From Alphaproteobacteria bacterium (GTDB lineage Bacteria; Pseudomonadota; Alphaproteobacteria; UBA828): 64,000 bases of DNA. The notes beneath the pieces were generated by a model. That model had not been told where the DNA came from, ran no database searches, and saw nothing but the letters and a program-made list of their open reading frames with translations. The stretch covers positions 384,001 to 448,000 of the forward strand of contig CBDCQT010000011.1 of the NCBI GenBank assembly GCA_965220745.1, in the 5' to 3' direction. Positions 37,609 to 51,482 of this stretch are shown here, in pieces (the stretch's first letter is position 1; every line of letters starts with the position of its first letter). The translations under genes were made by a program, and so were the position numbers.

Positions 37609-39098
37609 CAGAAGCGGGGAAGGTCGGGGAACGGCGTCTCGCCGCGGTGGACGTGCATCTGGCCGAGCTCGGCGCAGCGATGCAGCGTCGGGAAGACCTT
37701 TCCGGGGTTGAGCAGCTGGTCGGGATCGAAGGCGCACTTGATCCGCTGTTGCTGCTTGAGATCGTCCTCGCTGAACATCGTGCCCATCAGGTCGCGCTTC
37801 TCGACGCCGACCCCGTGCTCGCCGGTGAGCACGCCGCCTACCTCGACGCAGAGCTTGAGAATTTCCGACCCCATCTCCTCAGTGCGCTGGAGCGCGCCGG
37901 GGATGCTGGAATCGTACATGATCAACGGATGCAGATTGCCGTCGCCCGCGTGGAAGACGTTGGCGACCGGCAGGTCGTATTCGCGGGAGAGCTCGCCGAT
38001 CCGGGTCAGCACCTCGGGCAGGCGCGCGCGCGGAATGGTGCCGTCCATGACGTAGTAGTCGGGCGCCATGCGGCCTGCGGCGCCGAAGGCGGACTTGCGG
38101 CCGAGCCAGAAGCGCTCGCGCTCTTCCTCGCTCTCGCTCGCGCGGATCGTCGTTGCCCCCGACTTCCGGGCGAGGTCGCCGACGAGCGCGACGAGCTCGT
38201 CGACCTCGACCTCGGGCCCGTCCAGCTCGCAGATCAGGATCGCCGCGACGTCCATGGGATAGCCGGGCTGGCAGAAGCTTTCCGCCGCCTCGATCGCCGG
38301 CTTGTCCATCATCTCCAGGCCGGCAGGAATGATTCCGGCGGCGATGATCTCGCCCACGCAGGCGCCGGCCGATGCGTTGTCGGGGAAGCCGAGCAGGAGC
38401 GCGCGCACCGTGGCGGGCTTGGGCAGCAGCCGCACCGTCACCTCGGTGACGACCCCAAGCAGTCCCTCCGAGCCGGTCACCACGCCGAGCAGGTCATAGC
38501 CCTCGGCATCGAACTGCTTGCCGCCGAAGCGCAGGACCTCGCCGTCCATCAGCACCAGCTCGACGCCGAGCAGGTTGTTGGTGGTGAGCCCGTACTTGAG
38601 GCAGTGCACGCCGCCGGAATTCTCGGCCACGTTGCCGCCGATGGAGCAGGCAATCTGGCTGGAGGGATCCGGCGCATAGTAGAAGCCGTAAGGGCTGACT
38701 GCCGTGCTGATGGCGAGATTGGCGACGCCCGGTTGGACCACGGCGCAGCGGTTGGCAGTGTCGATTTCGAGGACTCGGTTGAGCTTGCCGAAGCCCACGG
38801 TGACCCCGTCGGCAAGCGGTAGGGCCCCGCCGGAAAGGCCGGTGCCGGCGCCGCGCGGCACGATCTTGACGCCGCGCTCGTGGCAGAGTGCCAGCACGCG
38901 GCTGACTTCCTGCGTATCGCGCGGCAGGACGACGACCATCGGCAGCGACCGGTAGGCGCTTAGGCCGTCGCACTCGAAGGGGCGCAAGCCCCGCTCGTCG
39001 TCGATCACGCAGTCCTCGGGCAGCAGCTTGCGCAGCGCGGCAACCAGGGACTGGCGCTGGCTGATGACGCCCGCGTCGGGCTCAGGCATGGCGATCAC
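37608..39098 (-). CDS. glcD: Glycolate oxidase subunit GlcD
   Basis: ECDGLSAY, PRGAGTGLSGG, YAPDPSSQIAC, HAGDGNLHP, GEHGVG. Confidence 0.93.
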   Translation of the reverse strand: MIAMPEPDAGVISQRQSLVAALRKLLPEDCVIDDERGLRPFECDGLSAYRSLPMVVVLPRDTQEVSRVLALCHERGVKIVPRGAGTGLSGGALPLADGVTVGFGKLNRVLEIDTANRCAVVQPGVANLAISTAVSPYGFYYAPDPSSQIACSIGGNVAENSGGVHCLKYGLTTNNLLGVELVLMDGEVLRFGGKQFDAEGYDLLGVVTGSEGLLGVVTEVTVRLLPKPATVRALLLGFPDNASAGACVGEIIAAGIIPAGLEMMDKPAIEAAESFCQPGYPMDVAAILICELDGPEVEVDELVALVGDLARKSGATTIRASESEEERERFWLGRKSAFGAAGRMAPDYYVMDGTIPRARLPEVLTRIGELSREYDLPVANVFHAGDGNLHPLIMYDSSIPGALQRTEEMGSEILKLCVEVGGVLTGEHGVGVEKRDLMGTMFSEDDLKQQQRIKCAFDPDQLLNPGKVFPTLHRCAELGQMHVHRGETPFPDLPRF

Positions 39099-39213
39099 GG
39101 CAGCACCTTTCGGAGCCCGGCGAGGCCCCTCCCTTGTGAGCGTGACGGATTGTCGGTGCGCACGTGCCGCCCGTCAATGCGAGGCGGCGGTGTGCCGGAG
39201 CAGCCCGGTGCGG

Positions 39214-39339
39214 TCAGCCCTGGCGCGCCTTGAAGCGCGGGTTGCGCTTGTTGATGACCAGCACGCGCCCCTTGCGCCGCACGATCTGGCAATCCTTGTG
39301 GCGCTTCTTGGCGGCGCGCAGCGAGTTGAAGACCTTCAT
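39214..39339 (-). CDS. rpmJ: 50S ribosomal protein L36, Zn-independent (C-) type; absent from the ORF track
   Basis: Translated by hand: [41 protein letters not shown], with GGAGGGG RBS. Confidence 0.95.
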   Translation of the reverse strand: MKVFNSLRAAKKRHKDCQIVRRKGRVLVINKRNPRFKARQG

Positions 39340-39405
39340 TGTCATCCCCTCCCGGCAGGGCGGCGCACCATAGGGAGCATCTTCGCCCCTGTCAATTGGT
39401 GCCGC

Positions 39406-40260
39406 CTACGCTTGGCGGAGCGTCTGCCGCTGGCGACCGAGGCCCTCGATCTCCAGTTCCATCACGTCGCCGGGCTCGAGATAGACCGGCGGCTTCATGC
39501 CCATGCCGACGCCGGGCGGGGTGCCGGTCGAGATCACATCGCCCGCATCAAGCACCATGAACTGGCTGAGATAGTGCACGAGGTGGGCCACGCCGAAGAT
39601 CATCGTGGCCGTGCTGCCGGTCTGGCGCACCTCGCCGTTCACCGTGAGCGACATGGCGAGGCTCTGCGGATCGGCAATCTCGTCGGGCGTGACCAGCCAG
39701 GGCCCGGTGGGGCAGAAGGTCCGGGCCGACTTGCCCTTGATCCAGGTGGGGCCGCGTTGGAGCTGGAAGTCGCGCTCCGAGACATCGTTGCAGATGCAGT
39801 ACCCGGCGACATGGTCGAGCGCCGCCGCCTCGTCGGGCAGATACTCGCAGGTGCGGCCGATCACCACGCCGAGCTCGACCTCCCAGTCGGTCTTCGTGCT
39901 CCCGCGCGGGATCAGCACGTCGTCATCCGGCCCGCTGTAGGAGCTCGGCGCCTTGGAGAAGACCACCGGCTCGGTCGGAATATCCATCCCTGCCTCCTTG
40001 GCGTGGTCGGCGAAGTTGAGGCCGATGGCGATGATGTGGCCGGGCCGCGCCACCGGCGGGCCGATCCGCGTGCCGGGATCGACCCTGGGGAAGCGATCCG
40101 TGCCCTCGCCCAAGGCCTTCGCCAGCCGGTCGATGCCGCCGCCTTCGAGCCAGACACCGTCGATCTCGCCGACCGCGCTCGATACGTCGATGATGGTTCC
40201 GTCGTCCAGCATCACGGCTGGCCGCTCGGCGCCTGCCTCGCCCACACGCAACAGCTTCAT
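39406..40260 (-). CDS. Fumarylacetoacetate hydrolase family protein
   Basis: IGLNFADH, DWEVELGVVIG, NDVSERDFQ, KGKS, TGTPPGVG. Confidence 0.92.
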   Translation of the reverse strand: MKLLRVGEAGAERPAVMLDDGTIIDVSSAVGEIDGVWLEGGGIDRLAKALGEGTDRFPRVDPGTRIGPPVARPGHIIAIGLNFADHAKEAGMDIPTEPVVFSKAPSSYSGPDDDVLIPRGSTKTDWEVELGVVIGRTCEYLPDEAAALDHVAGYCICNDVSERDFQLQRGPTWIKGKSARTFCPTGPWLVTPDEIADPQSLAMSLTVNGEVRQTGSTATMIFGVAHLVHYLSQFMVLDAGDVISTGTPPGVGMGMKPPVYLEPGDVMELEIEGLGRQRQTLRQA

Positions 40261-40441
40261 CGGTTTTCTCCCGGGTCTGAAACCGCGCGCACTATACCAG
40301 CGCCCCTGACCGGTACCAGCCCGGCGCAGGTTGCGCTCGCTGCGCTCTTCCTCTATTTTCCGCCGCGCCGGCGGGCCGCCCCGGCGCGCGCAGCCGCGTG
40401 CACACGTGCCTTCCTCCCCATCGCTCAACGAGGTTGCCACC

Positions 40442-42535
<2,094 letters not shown>

Positions 42536-42576
42536 TGCACCGAAGCGCGGGAGGGGGAGCGACGGGGGAAGCCGCC

Positions 42577-43068
42577 CTACTGGCTTCTCGGAGCCGGCCG
42601 GCCGATGTTGCCGAAAAGCTGCTCCAGCAGGCCGAGCTCGCGGCCGCGCGTCGCGGTTTCCTCGTCAATCGGCACGACTGCGCGCGCCTCTTCGGTCGAT
42701 ACCGACGTGACCTCGGCCACGACGCCGCTCTCGTCGAAGGCGATCACGATGACGCTTTGGTCGACCAATTCGGGCGCGTTGAACGCCTCCGTCTCCGTGC
42801 GGCGGCTGATGTAGTACCAGCGCGCGTCGTCGAAGGTCCCCACCGCCGACGGCGTGCCCAGCAGGCGCGCGACCTCCGCGCGGGTCTGCACGCCGGGCTT
42901 GATCTCGGCCAGCGCTTCCGGATCGCTGACATGGCCTTGCTGATGGACGATCGGCGTGCAGCCGGCGAGAAGCGCCGCCGCCAACGCGCAGCCGAGCAAG
43001 GCGCGACCGCCGCGCCAGCCTGGCGCGCGCGCTGCGGCACTCACTGCGTATCCGCGCCGGAGCCTCAT
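42577..43068 (-). CDS. bamE: Outer membrane assembly lipoprotein BamE
   Basis: Lipobox LAGC; LGTPS, WYYIS, FD..GVV; usual divergent position from cbp3; start uncertain. Confidence 0.88.
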   Translation of the reverse strand: MRLRRGYAVSAAARAPGWRGGRALLGCALAAALLAGCTPIVHQQGHVSDPEALAEIKPGVQTRAEVARLLGTPSAVGTFDDARWYYISRRTETEAFNAPELVDQSVIVIAFDESGVVAEVTSVSTEEARAVVPIDEETATRGRELGLLEQLFGNIGRPAPRSQ

Positions 43069-43142
43069 GGGAACCACCTCCGCTCGACGAGCCGCGCCAA
43101 CCTGCGCGCGTTGTCGGGGCGTGTCAACGGCACGCGCGGGGT

Positions 43143-43751
43143 ATGGCGGAACGGGCCGTCATGGCGGTCGGGCGCGTCTGGCGCCATCTGAAGGGGCGCA
43201 AGCGCCGGCGTGAGGCGGCCCGCCGCCTCTATACGGTAGCAGTACGTCAGGCGCGCGATCCGATCCTCTACACCGAGGGCGGGGTTGCCGACACGCTCGA
43301 TGGCCGCTTCGACCTGATCGTGCTGCACGTGGTGCCGGTGATGCGCAGGCTGCGCCAGTGCGACGACGCAGGCCGGCAACTGAGCCAGGCGCTCTTCGAC
43401 GTGATGTTCGACGACATGGACCAAAGCCTGCGGGAGATGGGCGTCGGAGACCTGCGCGTCGGCAAGCGGGTGAAGCAGATGGCGCGCGCCTTCTACGGGC
43501 GCGCCAAGGCCTACGATCAGGCATTCGAGCAGGCGCCGGGGGCGGAACGCCGCCAAGCCATCGCCGAGGCGCTGGAGCGCAACGTCTACAACAACGCGCC
43601 GCCGCCCGCCGCCCGCTTGCTCGCGATGGCCGCCTATGTCGAGACGATTCTGGACGCACTCGATGGACAAAACGCGGAGACGCTGCTCGGCGGCGAGGTT
43701 GAGCTGCCCCTCGTGCCCCCGCTCGCGGCTGCGGCGGAAGGCGGCCAATGA
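43143..43751 (+). CDS. Ubiquinol-cytochrome c chaperone (Cbp3 family)
   Basis: ARDP.LY..GVADTLDGRFDLIVLH, MDQSLREMGVGD, FYGR..AY. Confidence 0.9.
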   Translation: MAERAVMAVGRVWRHLKGRKRRREAARRLYTVAVRQARDPILYTEGGVADTLDGRFDLIVLHVVPVMRRLRQCDDAGRQLSQALFDVMFDDMDQSLREMGVGDLRVGKRVKQMARAFYGRAKAYDQAFEQAPGAERRQAIAEALERNVYNNAPPPAARLLAMAAYVETILDALDGQNAETLLGGEVELPLVPPLAAAAEGGQ

Positions 43752-44320
43752 GCGCCGATGCGTCTACCGGCACCGGTGGTCGGCGCCTGGTCACGGCAGA
43801 CGAGGTGGGCCGCTCCGGTCTCAGGCTCGCGTTCGAGGCCGGCGAGACGGAGAGGGAGGCGCTCGCGCGCCGCCTGGACCTGCTGGCGTTGGACGCGCTT
43901 ACAGCAGAGCTCCGCTTCGCGCCGGCCGACGAGACCGACGGTGCGATCCGTGTGAGCGGGGCGATCGACGCGCGGCTGGTTCAGCGTTGCGTCGTGACGC
44001 TCGAGCCCGTGCCGCGTTCGGTGAGCGAGCCTGTCTCCGCCCTCTACGCGCCACCGCCCGCCGAGCAGCCCGAGCACGAGGTCGAAGTCTTGGCGGAAGG
44101 CGACGAGGCCGAGCCACTACCCGAGGACGGCATCGATGTAGGCGCGCTGGTGGCAGAGCATCTCGCCCTTGTCCTGGACCCCTATCCGCGCCACCCCGAT
44201 GCGCCGGACGGGCCGCTCACCTACGCGACGGGCGAAGATGGAGCCAAAAAGGGTGTGCCGGACGACGATGGAGACACCAGACCCTTCGCGGCGCTTGGCC
44301 AACTCAAAAGCAAGTTGTAA
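43748..44320 (+). CDS. DUF177/YceD family protein
   Basis: EREALARR, QRCVVTLEPV, LDPYPRHP, PFAALGQLK; upstream of rpmF. Confidence 0.88.
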   Translation: MSADASTGTGGRRLVTADEVGRSGLRLAFEAGETEREALARRLDLLALDALTAELRFAPADETDGAIRVSGAIDARLVQRCVVTLEPVPRSVSEPVSALYAPPPAEQPEHEVEVLAEGDEAEPLPEDGIDVGALVAEHLALVLDPYPRHPDAPDGPLTYATGEDGAKKGVPDDDGDTRPFAALGQLKSKL

Positions 44321-44414
44321 TGTGCGACTCTATTGTGTAGTGCCGGCGCAATTGATGCGCTGCCGTTGAAGCGGCGGCGCGGTGCCCGCGCAGTCAAGCG
44401 ATGAGAACCTGTCC

Positions 44415-44594
44415 ATGGCCGTCCCAAAAAAGAAAGTGTCCCGCGCACGCCGCGGCAACCGTCGTTCCCACGACGCGTTGGCCAAGGTCAACCCGACAGA
44501 ATGCCCCAACTGCGGCGAGCATAAGCTGCCCCACCACGTGTGTCGGGCCTGCGGCTACTACAGGGGCCGCGAGGTGATCGAGGGCGAGGTCTAG
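44415..44594 (+). CDS. rpmF: 50S ribosomal protein L32
   Basis: [32 protein letters not shown]. Confidence 0.97.
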   Translation: MAVPKKKVSRARRGNRRSHDALAKVNPTECPNCGEHKLPHHVCRACGYYRGREVIEGEV

Positions 44595-44625
44595 CCCCAT
44601 ACCAGGCCGACACGAAGGCCCGCAG

Positions 44626-45678
44626 ATGAGCAACTCGGAGATCGTAATCGCCCTCGACGCAATGGGTGGCGATGGTGCTCCCGACGTGGTGATCAGGGGC
44701 GCCAACATCGCCCGCGTGCGCCATCCGCAACTCCGCTTCAAGTTCTTCGGCAAGGAGTCGGCCATCACTGCGGGCTTGGCGAAATTCAAGCGCCTGAAGT
44801 CGGTCAGCACCGTCCACCATGCCGAGAAGGTGATCGCCGACAACGACAAGCTCGTCCAGGTGTTGCGCCAGCGCCAGGCATCGAGCATGCGGCTCGCCAT
44901 CGACGCCGTCGGGGAGAATACAGCGGACGGCGTGGTTTCGGCGGGCAACACCGGCGCGCTCATGGCGCTCGCCAAGGTCACGCTCAAGACCCTGCCGGGG
45001 ATCGGGCGTCCCGCGATGGGATCGGTCTTCCCTACGGTGCGGGGCGAGAGCGTGATGCTCGACCTCGGTGCCAATATTGATTGCGATTCGGCGACGCTGG
45101 CGCAGTTCGCCGTGATGGGGGAGGTCTTCGCGCGCAACGTTCTCGGCGTGCGCGAGCCCACAGTGGGCCTGCTCAACATCGGCACCGAGGAGCTGAAGGG
45201 CTCGGAGACGATACGCACGGCGGCCGCGACGCTGCGGGATTCGGGCCTGCCGATCAAATTCCACGGCTTCGTCGAGGCTGACGACATCGCCGCCGGCACC
45301 GTCGACGTGATCGCCACCGACGGCTTCGCCGGCAACATCGCGCTCAAGTCGGCGGAGGGCACGGCGCGCCTCTACACCGAGTATCTCAAGAGCGCCTTCC
45401 GGCGCTCACTGTTCTCGCGGCTCGGCTATTTGCTGGCGCGGCCGGCGCTCCGCCTGCTCCGGGAGCGGGTCGACCCCCGCGCCTACAACGGCGCCATGTT
45501 CCTGGGTGTGAACGGGGTCGTGGTGAAGAGCCACGGCGGCACCGATCACAAGGGCTTCGCCAATGCCATCGGCGTCGCCTTCGACATGGTGAGCCAAGGG
45601 ATCAATCCCAAGATCATCGACGAGCTGTCGCGCCTCCAGCTTGCCGCCCTGCCGGAGCCGAAGAGGGCCGCGCTCTAG
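44626..45678 (+). CDS. plsX: Phosphate acyltransferase
   Basis: [34 protein letters not shown]. Confidence 0.96.
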   Translation: MSNSEIVIALDAMGGDGAPDVVIRGANIARVRHPQLRFKFFGKESAITAGLAKFKRLKSVSTVHHAEKVIADNDKLVQVLRQRQASSMRLAIDAVGENTADGVVSAGNTGALMALAKVTLKTLPGIGRPAMGSVFPTVRGESVMLDLGANIDCDSATLAQFAVMGEVFARNVLGVREPTVGLLNIGTEELKGSETIRTAAATLRDSGLPIKFHGFVEADDIAAGTVDVIATDGFAGNIALKSAEGTARLYTEYLKSAFRRSLFSRLGYLLARPALRLLRERVDPRAYNGAMFLGVNGVVVKSHGGTDHKGFANAIGVAFDMVSQGINPKIIDELSRLQLAALPEPKRAAL

Positions 45679-45680
45679 CC

Positions 45681-46652
45681 ATGCGCCGCTCCCGGCTGGT
45701 CGGCTGCGGCGCCTACCTCCCCGAACGCGTGCTCAGCAACGACGAGCTCAGCACGCGCATCGACACCAGCGACGAGTGGATCAAGACTCGCACCGGTATC
45801 AGGCAGCGGCACGTGGCGGCCGATGACCAGCTGACCTCCGATCTCGCTTGCGAGGCGAGCCGGGCAGCGCTTGAAGCAGCAGGCATCAGCGCGGACTCTC
45901 TCGACCTCGTGGTGTTGGCGACGTCCACACCGGACAACACCTTCCCCGCTACCGCGACCAAGGTGCAGGCTAGGCTCGGCATGACCGGCGGCATCGCCTT
46001 CGATGTCCAGGCCGTGTGCGCGGGCTTCGTCTGCGCACTGTCGGTGGCCGACAGCATGGTCCGAAGCGGCGCGGCCGACACGGCGCTCATCGTCGGCGCC
46101 GAAACCTATTCGCGCATCTTGGACTGGGACGACCGCCAGACCTGCGTGCTCTTCGGCGATGGTGCGGGCGCAGCCGTGCTGCGCGCAGATACCGGCGCCG
46201 GGACCACGGCTGACCGGGGCGTGCTCGCGGTCCGCATGCGCTCCGACGGGCGCCATTACCAGGCGCTCTACGTGGACGGCGGGGTGTCCTCCACCCAGAC
46301 CGCCGGTTACCTGCGAATGCAGGGACGCGAGGTCTTTCGCCATGCCGTGGCGAACCTAGCGGAAATCGCGGGCGAGGCGCTGGATGCCGCCGGCGTCGGC
46401 GCAGACGAAGTCGACTGGCTGGTCCCCCATCAGGCCAACCGCCGGATAATCGATGCAACCGGCAAGAAGCTCGGAATTCCAGTCGAGAAGACGATCGTGA
46501 CCGTGGACCGCCACGCCAATACCTCGTCTGCCTCCATCCCGCTCGCGCTCAAGGCCGGCATCGACGACGGGCGGATTACGCCGGGCGATCTGCTGGTTGT
46601 CGAGGCGATTGGCGGCGGCCTGGTCTGGGGCGCCGGCGTCATTCGTCTCTAA
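45681..46652 (+). CDS. fabH: Beta-ketoacyl-ACP synthase III
   Basis: [36 protein letters not shown]. Confidence 0.96.
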   Translation: MRRSRLVGCGAYLPERVLSNDELSTRIDTSDEWIKTRTGIRQRHVAADDQLTSDLACEASRAALEAAGISADSLDLVVLATSTPDNTFPATATKVQARLGMTGGIAFDVQAVCAGFVCALSVADSMVRSGAADTALIVGAETYSRILDWDDRQTCVLFGDGAGAAVLRADTGAGTTADRGVLAVRMRSDGRHYQALYVDGGVSSTQTAGYLRMQGREVFRHAVANLAEIAGEALDAAGVGADEVDWLVPHQANRRIIDATGKKLGIPVEKTIVTVDRHANTSSASIPLALKAGIDDGRITPGDLLVVEAIGGGLVWGAGVIRL

Positions 46653-46767
46653 ACCGCTGTACCGGCCTAACAATTGCGCATGGGCCCTGGCTCGGCCCGC
46701 GCACGACGGTTGACGATCCGGCACCGAGGCAGTACCGTGGTGCGGACATAAAGGGAGGCGGGAGACA

Positions 46768-47136
46768 ATGGCCGGGCGAACGGTCACCCGCGCCGATCTC
46801 GCCGAGGCTGTCTTCCGCGAAATCGGCCTGTCACGGAAGGAATCTGCTGATCTGGTCGAATCGGTCCTCGGCCTGATCGCCGACGCGCTCGCGCGCGGCG
46901 AGCCGGTGAAGATTTCGTCCTTCGGCAGCTTCAGTGCGCGGATGAAGGGCCAGCGTATCGGCCGCAATCCCAAGACCGGCGAGGAGGTTCCCATCCTGCC
47001 GCGCCGCGTGCTGGTTTTCCGCGCCTCACACGTGTTGAAGGACCGCATCAATGGCTCGCTCGCGCCCCTCGAGGAGGGCGAGGGCGTGGAGATAGTTCTG
47101 GATAGCGAACGGCCCGACGGGCCGGCCTCTTCCTAG
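46768..47136 (+). CDS. ihfA: Integration host factor subunit alpha
   Basis: [37 protein letters not shown]. Confidence 0.95.
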   Translation: MAGRTVTRADLAEAVFREIGLSRKESADLVESVLGLIADALARGEPVKISSFGSFSARMKGQRIGRNPKTGEEVPILPRRVLVFRASHVLKDRINGSLAPLEEGEGVEIVLDSERPDGPASS

Positions 47137-47139
47137 GCG

Positions 47140-47553
47140 ATGCCAGGCGCCGAGCCCGCGAGCGCGGGCGTTCCGAAATCGCCGGATGCGTTCCGCACCA
47201 TCGGCGAGGTCTCCGAAGAGCTTGCCGTACCGCAGCACGTCCTGCGCTTCTGGGAGACCAAGTTCCCGCAGGTCAGGCCACTGAAGCGGGGCGGCGGACG
47301 CCGCTACTACCGGCCCGAGGATGTGGCGCTGCTGCGCCACATCCGGCACTTGCTTCATGCCGAGGGATATACCGTGCGCGGCGTGCAGAAGCTGCTGCGC
47401 GAGCGGGCCTCGAGACCGGGCGCCCCACCTCTATTGCCCGATGGGGTCGAGGAGGAAAGCCCTCTCGCTCCCGAAGATCGCGCCAAAGCCGCCCAAGTGC
47501 TCGACGAGCTCTGCGTTCTCCGCGACCTGCTGCGCGGCCGCACCCGATCCTGA
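47140..47553 (+). CDS. MerR-family regulator
   Basis: [31 protein letters not shown]; conserved neighbour of ihfA. Confidence 0.92.
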   Translation: MPGAEPASAGVPKSPDAFRTIGEVSEELAVPQHVLRFWETKFPQVRPLKRGGGRRYYRPEDVALLRHIRHLLHAEGYTVRGVQKLLRERASRPGAPPLLPDGVEEESPLAPEDRAKAAQVLDELCVLRDLLRGRTRS

Positions 47554-47584
47554 CACACTCTCCGCGTCGACGCCCGGCGCGGGC

Positions 47585-47733
47585 TCAGAGCATTTCCGTT
47601 CGGCGCGGAAACGCTCTGACAATTTATCGCTCACGGCAGCCGGCCTACGGCCGGCGCCTCCGCGAGGGCGCCGCAAGAGCGGCGGGCCGCAGTCGCGGCC
47701 TGTCGCGCGTCCGCCGATGACGGACGCGCTCTA
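47585..47733. repeat. ~149-bp multi-hairpin dispersed repeat, copy 2
   Basis: Same orientation and length as 13326-13474; between convergent merR and ccdA. Confidence 0.9.
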
Positions 47734-47756
47734 AGCAGAGCAGCCAGAATTCCCGA

Positions 47757-48497
47757 TTACCCGATCGCGGCGAGGCCGGGGAAGGCTTCGAGCAGCCAGA
47801 AGGCAAAGGAGCTGAGGTAGCCGGTGATCAGGGCTGCCCCCATGGCCACCAGAATGACTCCGGCGCCGATCTGCAGTGGCCTGCTGATCCTGCGGATGCG
47901 CCTCATGTGGCGGAGGAAGAATCCGGTGAACGCCGCCGCGATCAGGAACGGCACCCCAAGCCCCAGCGAATAGACTGCCAGCAGGCCGACGCCGAGGCCG
48001 ACATCGGCGGAGGTCGCGGTGAGGGTGAGGATGCCGCCCAGCACCGGGCCGATGCAGGGAGTCCAGCCGAAGGCGAAGGCCGCACCCAGCAGGAACGCGC
48101 TGGCCGGCTTGCCGCCCGCGAGACGGCCGGCGAAGCGCGCCTCACGCTCGAAGAACGGGATTCTGATCAGGCCCGTGAGGTAGACGCCGAAGACGATGAT
48201 TACGGCGCCTGCGACATATTCGAATATTGTCTTGTGCTGGAGCAGGAAGCCGCCCACGGCGCTCGCGCTCGCGCCGAGGGCCACGAAGACCGTCGTGAAG
48301 CCGAGGACGAAGAACGCGCTCAGCATCAGCGCCGCAAGTCGCCTGCGGGAGAGTCCCTCCTCGTCCCGCAGCTCCTCGAGCGAGCCGCCGGCGACGTAGG
48401 AGACGTACCCCGGCACCAGCGGCAGAACGCAGGGCGAGAGGAACGAGATCAACCCGGCGACGAAGACCGAGACGATGCCGATGGCGGAAAGTTCCAT
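47757..48497 (-). CDS. ccdA: Cytochrome c biogenesis protein CcdA
   Basis: AGLISFLSPCVLPLVPGY, FGWTPCIGPVLG, YSLGLGVPF. Confidence 0.92.
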   Translation of the reverse strand: MELSAIGIVSVFVAGLISFLSPCVLPLVPGYVSYVAGGSLEELRDEEGLSRRRLAALMLSAFFVLGFTTVFVALGASASAVGGFLLQHKTIFEYVAGAVIIVFGVYLTGLIRIPFFEREARFAGRLAGGKPASAFLLGAAFAFGWTPCIGPVLGGILTLTATSADVGLGVGLLAVYSLGLGVPFLIAAAFTGFFLRHMRRIRRISRPLQIGAGVILVAMGAALITGYLSSFAFWLLEAFPGLAAIG

Positions 48498-48537
48498 GAT
48501 CGCTGACCCCGCGAGGGGTGTTCCCGTGCCTGCGCCG

Positions 48538-49119
48538 CTACTCGACGATGTGGCGCACCAGCTCGATCACGTCCGGGTCGTCCCAGTCTCGATCGCCGAG
48601 CACGCGCGCGACCTCCGCGCCCTCGCCGTCAAAGAAGACAGTGGCGGGGATGCCGTGCACCCGGAGCGCGCGCCCCGCCGCCATTTTCTCGTCGATGAAG
48701 ATCGGCAGCGTGATGAGGTCGTGGTCGTTGTAATACCTGCGCACGAGCTCGGCCCCGCCACGGTCGAGCGAGAGCGGAAGGATCACCAGGTCGTCCCCAA
48801 GCTCCCGCTGCAGGGCGTCCATCGTCGGCATCTCGGCGCGGCAGGGGAAGCACCATGTAGCCCAGAAATGAACGGCGACAGGCGTGCCGCGATAGTCGGC
48901 GAGGCTCTTCTCTTCGCCGGCCTCGTCGATGAAGGCGATGGGCGGCGGCTCCATCGGCCCGTCGGTCACGACCAGGTTGAGGATGGGGCTCCCGTCGACG
49001 CGCTTGTCGAGGGAGCGCAACGTCTCCCCGTCGGCGGCAAGCAGGGCGCCGCCGTAAAGCATTGCGCCGAGCACGGCGACGGCGGCGGTGAGGCGCGCCA
49101 AAATTCTAATTTTCTTCAT
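48538..49119 (-). CDS. TlpA/ResA-like thiol-disulfide oxidoreductase
   Basis: N-terminal signal/anchor; FWATWCFPCRAEMP, GIPAT. Confidence 0.88.
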   Translation of the reverse strand: MKKIRILARLTAAVAVLGAMLYGGALLAADGETLRSLDKRVDGSPILNLVVTDGPMEPPPIAFIDEAGEEKSLADYRGTPVAVHFWATWCFPCRAEMPTMDALQRELGDDLVILPLSLDRGGAELVRRYYNDHDLITLPIFIDEKMAAGRALRVHGIPATVFFDGEGAEVARVLGDRDWDDPDVIELVRHIVE

Positions 49120-49192
49120 GGCTGTCGCTCCATCTCTGCCAGCCGTCTGCTCGGGCATAGATAGTAACCTCAGAGTGTCCTGCCTAGCGCGG

Positions 49193-49981
49193 TTACGCGC
49201 GCTCACCATGATTTGAAGCGGCACTCGCTGCGGCGATTCCCTCCACAGCGGCGGTGAGCCGGGCGAGATCCTCGTCGCGCGAGAGGCGGTGATCGCCGTC
49301 CTTCACCAGCTCGACCGTGACGCGCTCGCTCTCCACTAGCTCTGCGATTTGGAGCGCGGTGCGCCAGGGCACGTCCTCGTCGCGCATGCCCTGCAGCAGG
49401 TGGATGGGGCAGCCGATCGCGATTTGCGCGCGCAGCAGCAGGTGATCGCGCCCCTCCTCGATCAGGCCCATGGTGATGGGGTAGGGGTCTTCGCCACAGT
49501 CGCAGGGCATCACGATTTCGCCGGTCTCGGCGAGGGTCCGCCGCCCTTCGTCGTCGAGCGCGGACCAGATGAGGTTTTCGGTGAAATCGGGTGCCGCCGC
49601 GACGCCGACGAGGCCGGCGACGCGCTCAGGCCGCGCCAGCGCGAGCAGCAGCACGATCCAGCCGCCCATGCTGGAGCCGACCAGGACCTGCGGGCCGCTG
49701 GCGACGCGGTCGAGCACCGCCAGTGCATCGTCCCGCCACGCACCGATGGTGCCGTCCCGGAACGCGCCGCCCGAGGCACCGTGGCCGGAATAGTCGAAGC
49801 GCACGTAGGCCCGGCCGATGCGGCGGCAGTGGGCCTCCAGCGCCGTGGCCTTGGTCCCGGTCATGTCTGACATGAAGCCGCCGCAGAACATCACGCCCGG
49901 CGCACTGCCCGCCATCGCCCGGTAGGCGATCGTCTCGCGGTCGTCGCGCTCAAGCAGCGTTGGCGGTGGGGGTTCTTGCAT
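49193..49981 (-). CDS. Alpha/beta hydrolase
   Basis: GFMSDMTGTKA, FDYSGHG, GSSMGG, DEDVP, GDHRLS. Confidence 0.9.
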   Translation of the reverse strand: MQEPPPPTLLERDDRETIAYRAMAGSAPGVMFCGGFMSDMTGTKATALEAHCRRIGRAYVRFDYSGHGASGGAFRDGTIGAWRDDALAVLDRVASGPQVLVGSSMGGWIVLLLALARPERVAGLVGVAAAPDFTENLIWSALDDEGRRTLAETGEIVMPCDCGEDPYPITMGLIEEGRDHLLLRAQIAIGCPIHLLQGMRDEDVPWRTALQIAELVESERVTVELVKDGDHRLSRDEDLARLTAAVEGIAAASAASNHGERA

Positions 49982-50048
49982 GGGTCTCTCGCTCGATCCC
50001 GCCGTTGGCCCGCGATCGGCAAGGCTGCGCTCGGCCAGATGGCCTTCC

Positions 50049-51464
<1,416 letters not shown>

Positions 51465-51482
51465 CGGGCTCCTCTCCCCGCG

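Noticed and set aside
47554-47756. tRNA-Pro, often found downstream of ihfA-merR
   Set aside because: No cloverleaf, T-loop GTTCRA or CCA end; the space holds the dispersed repeat
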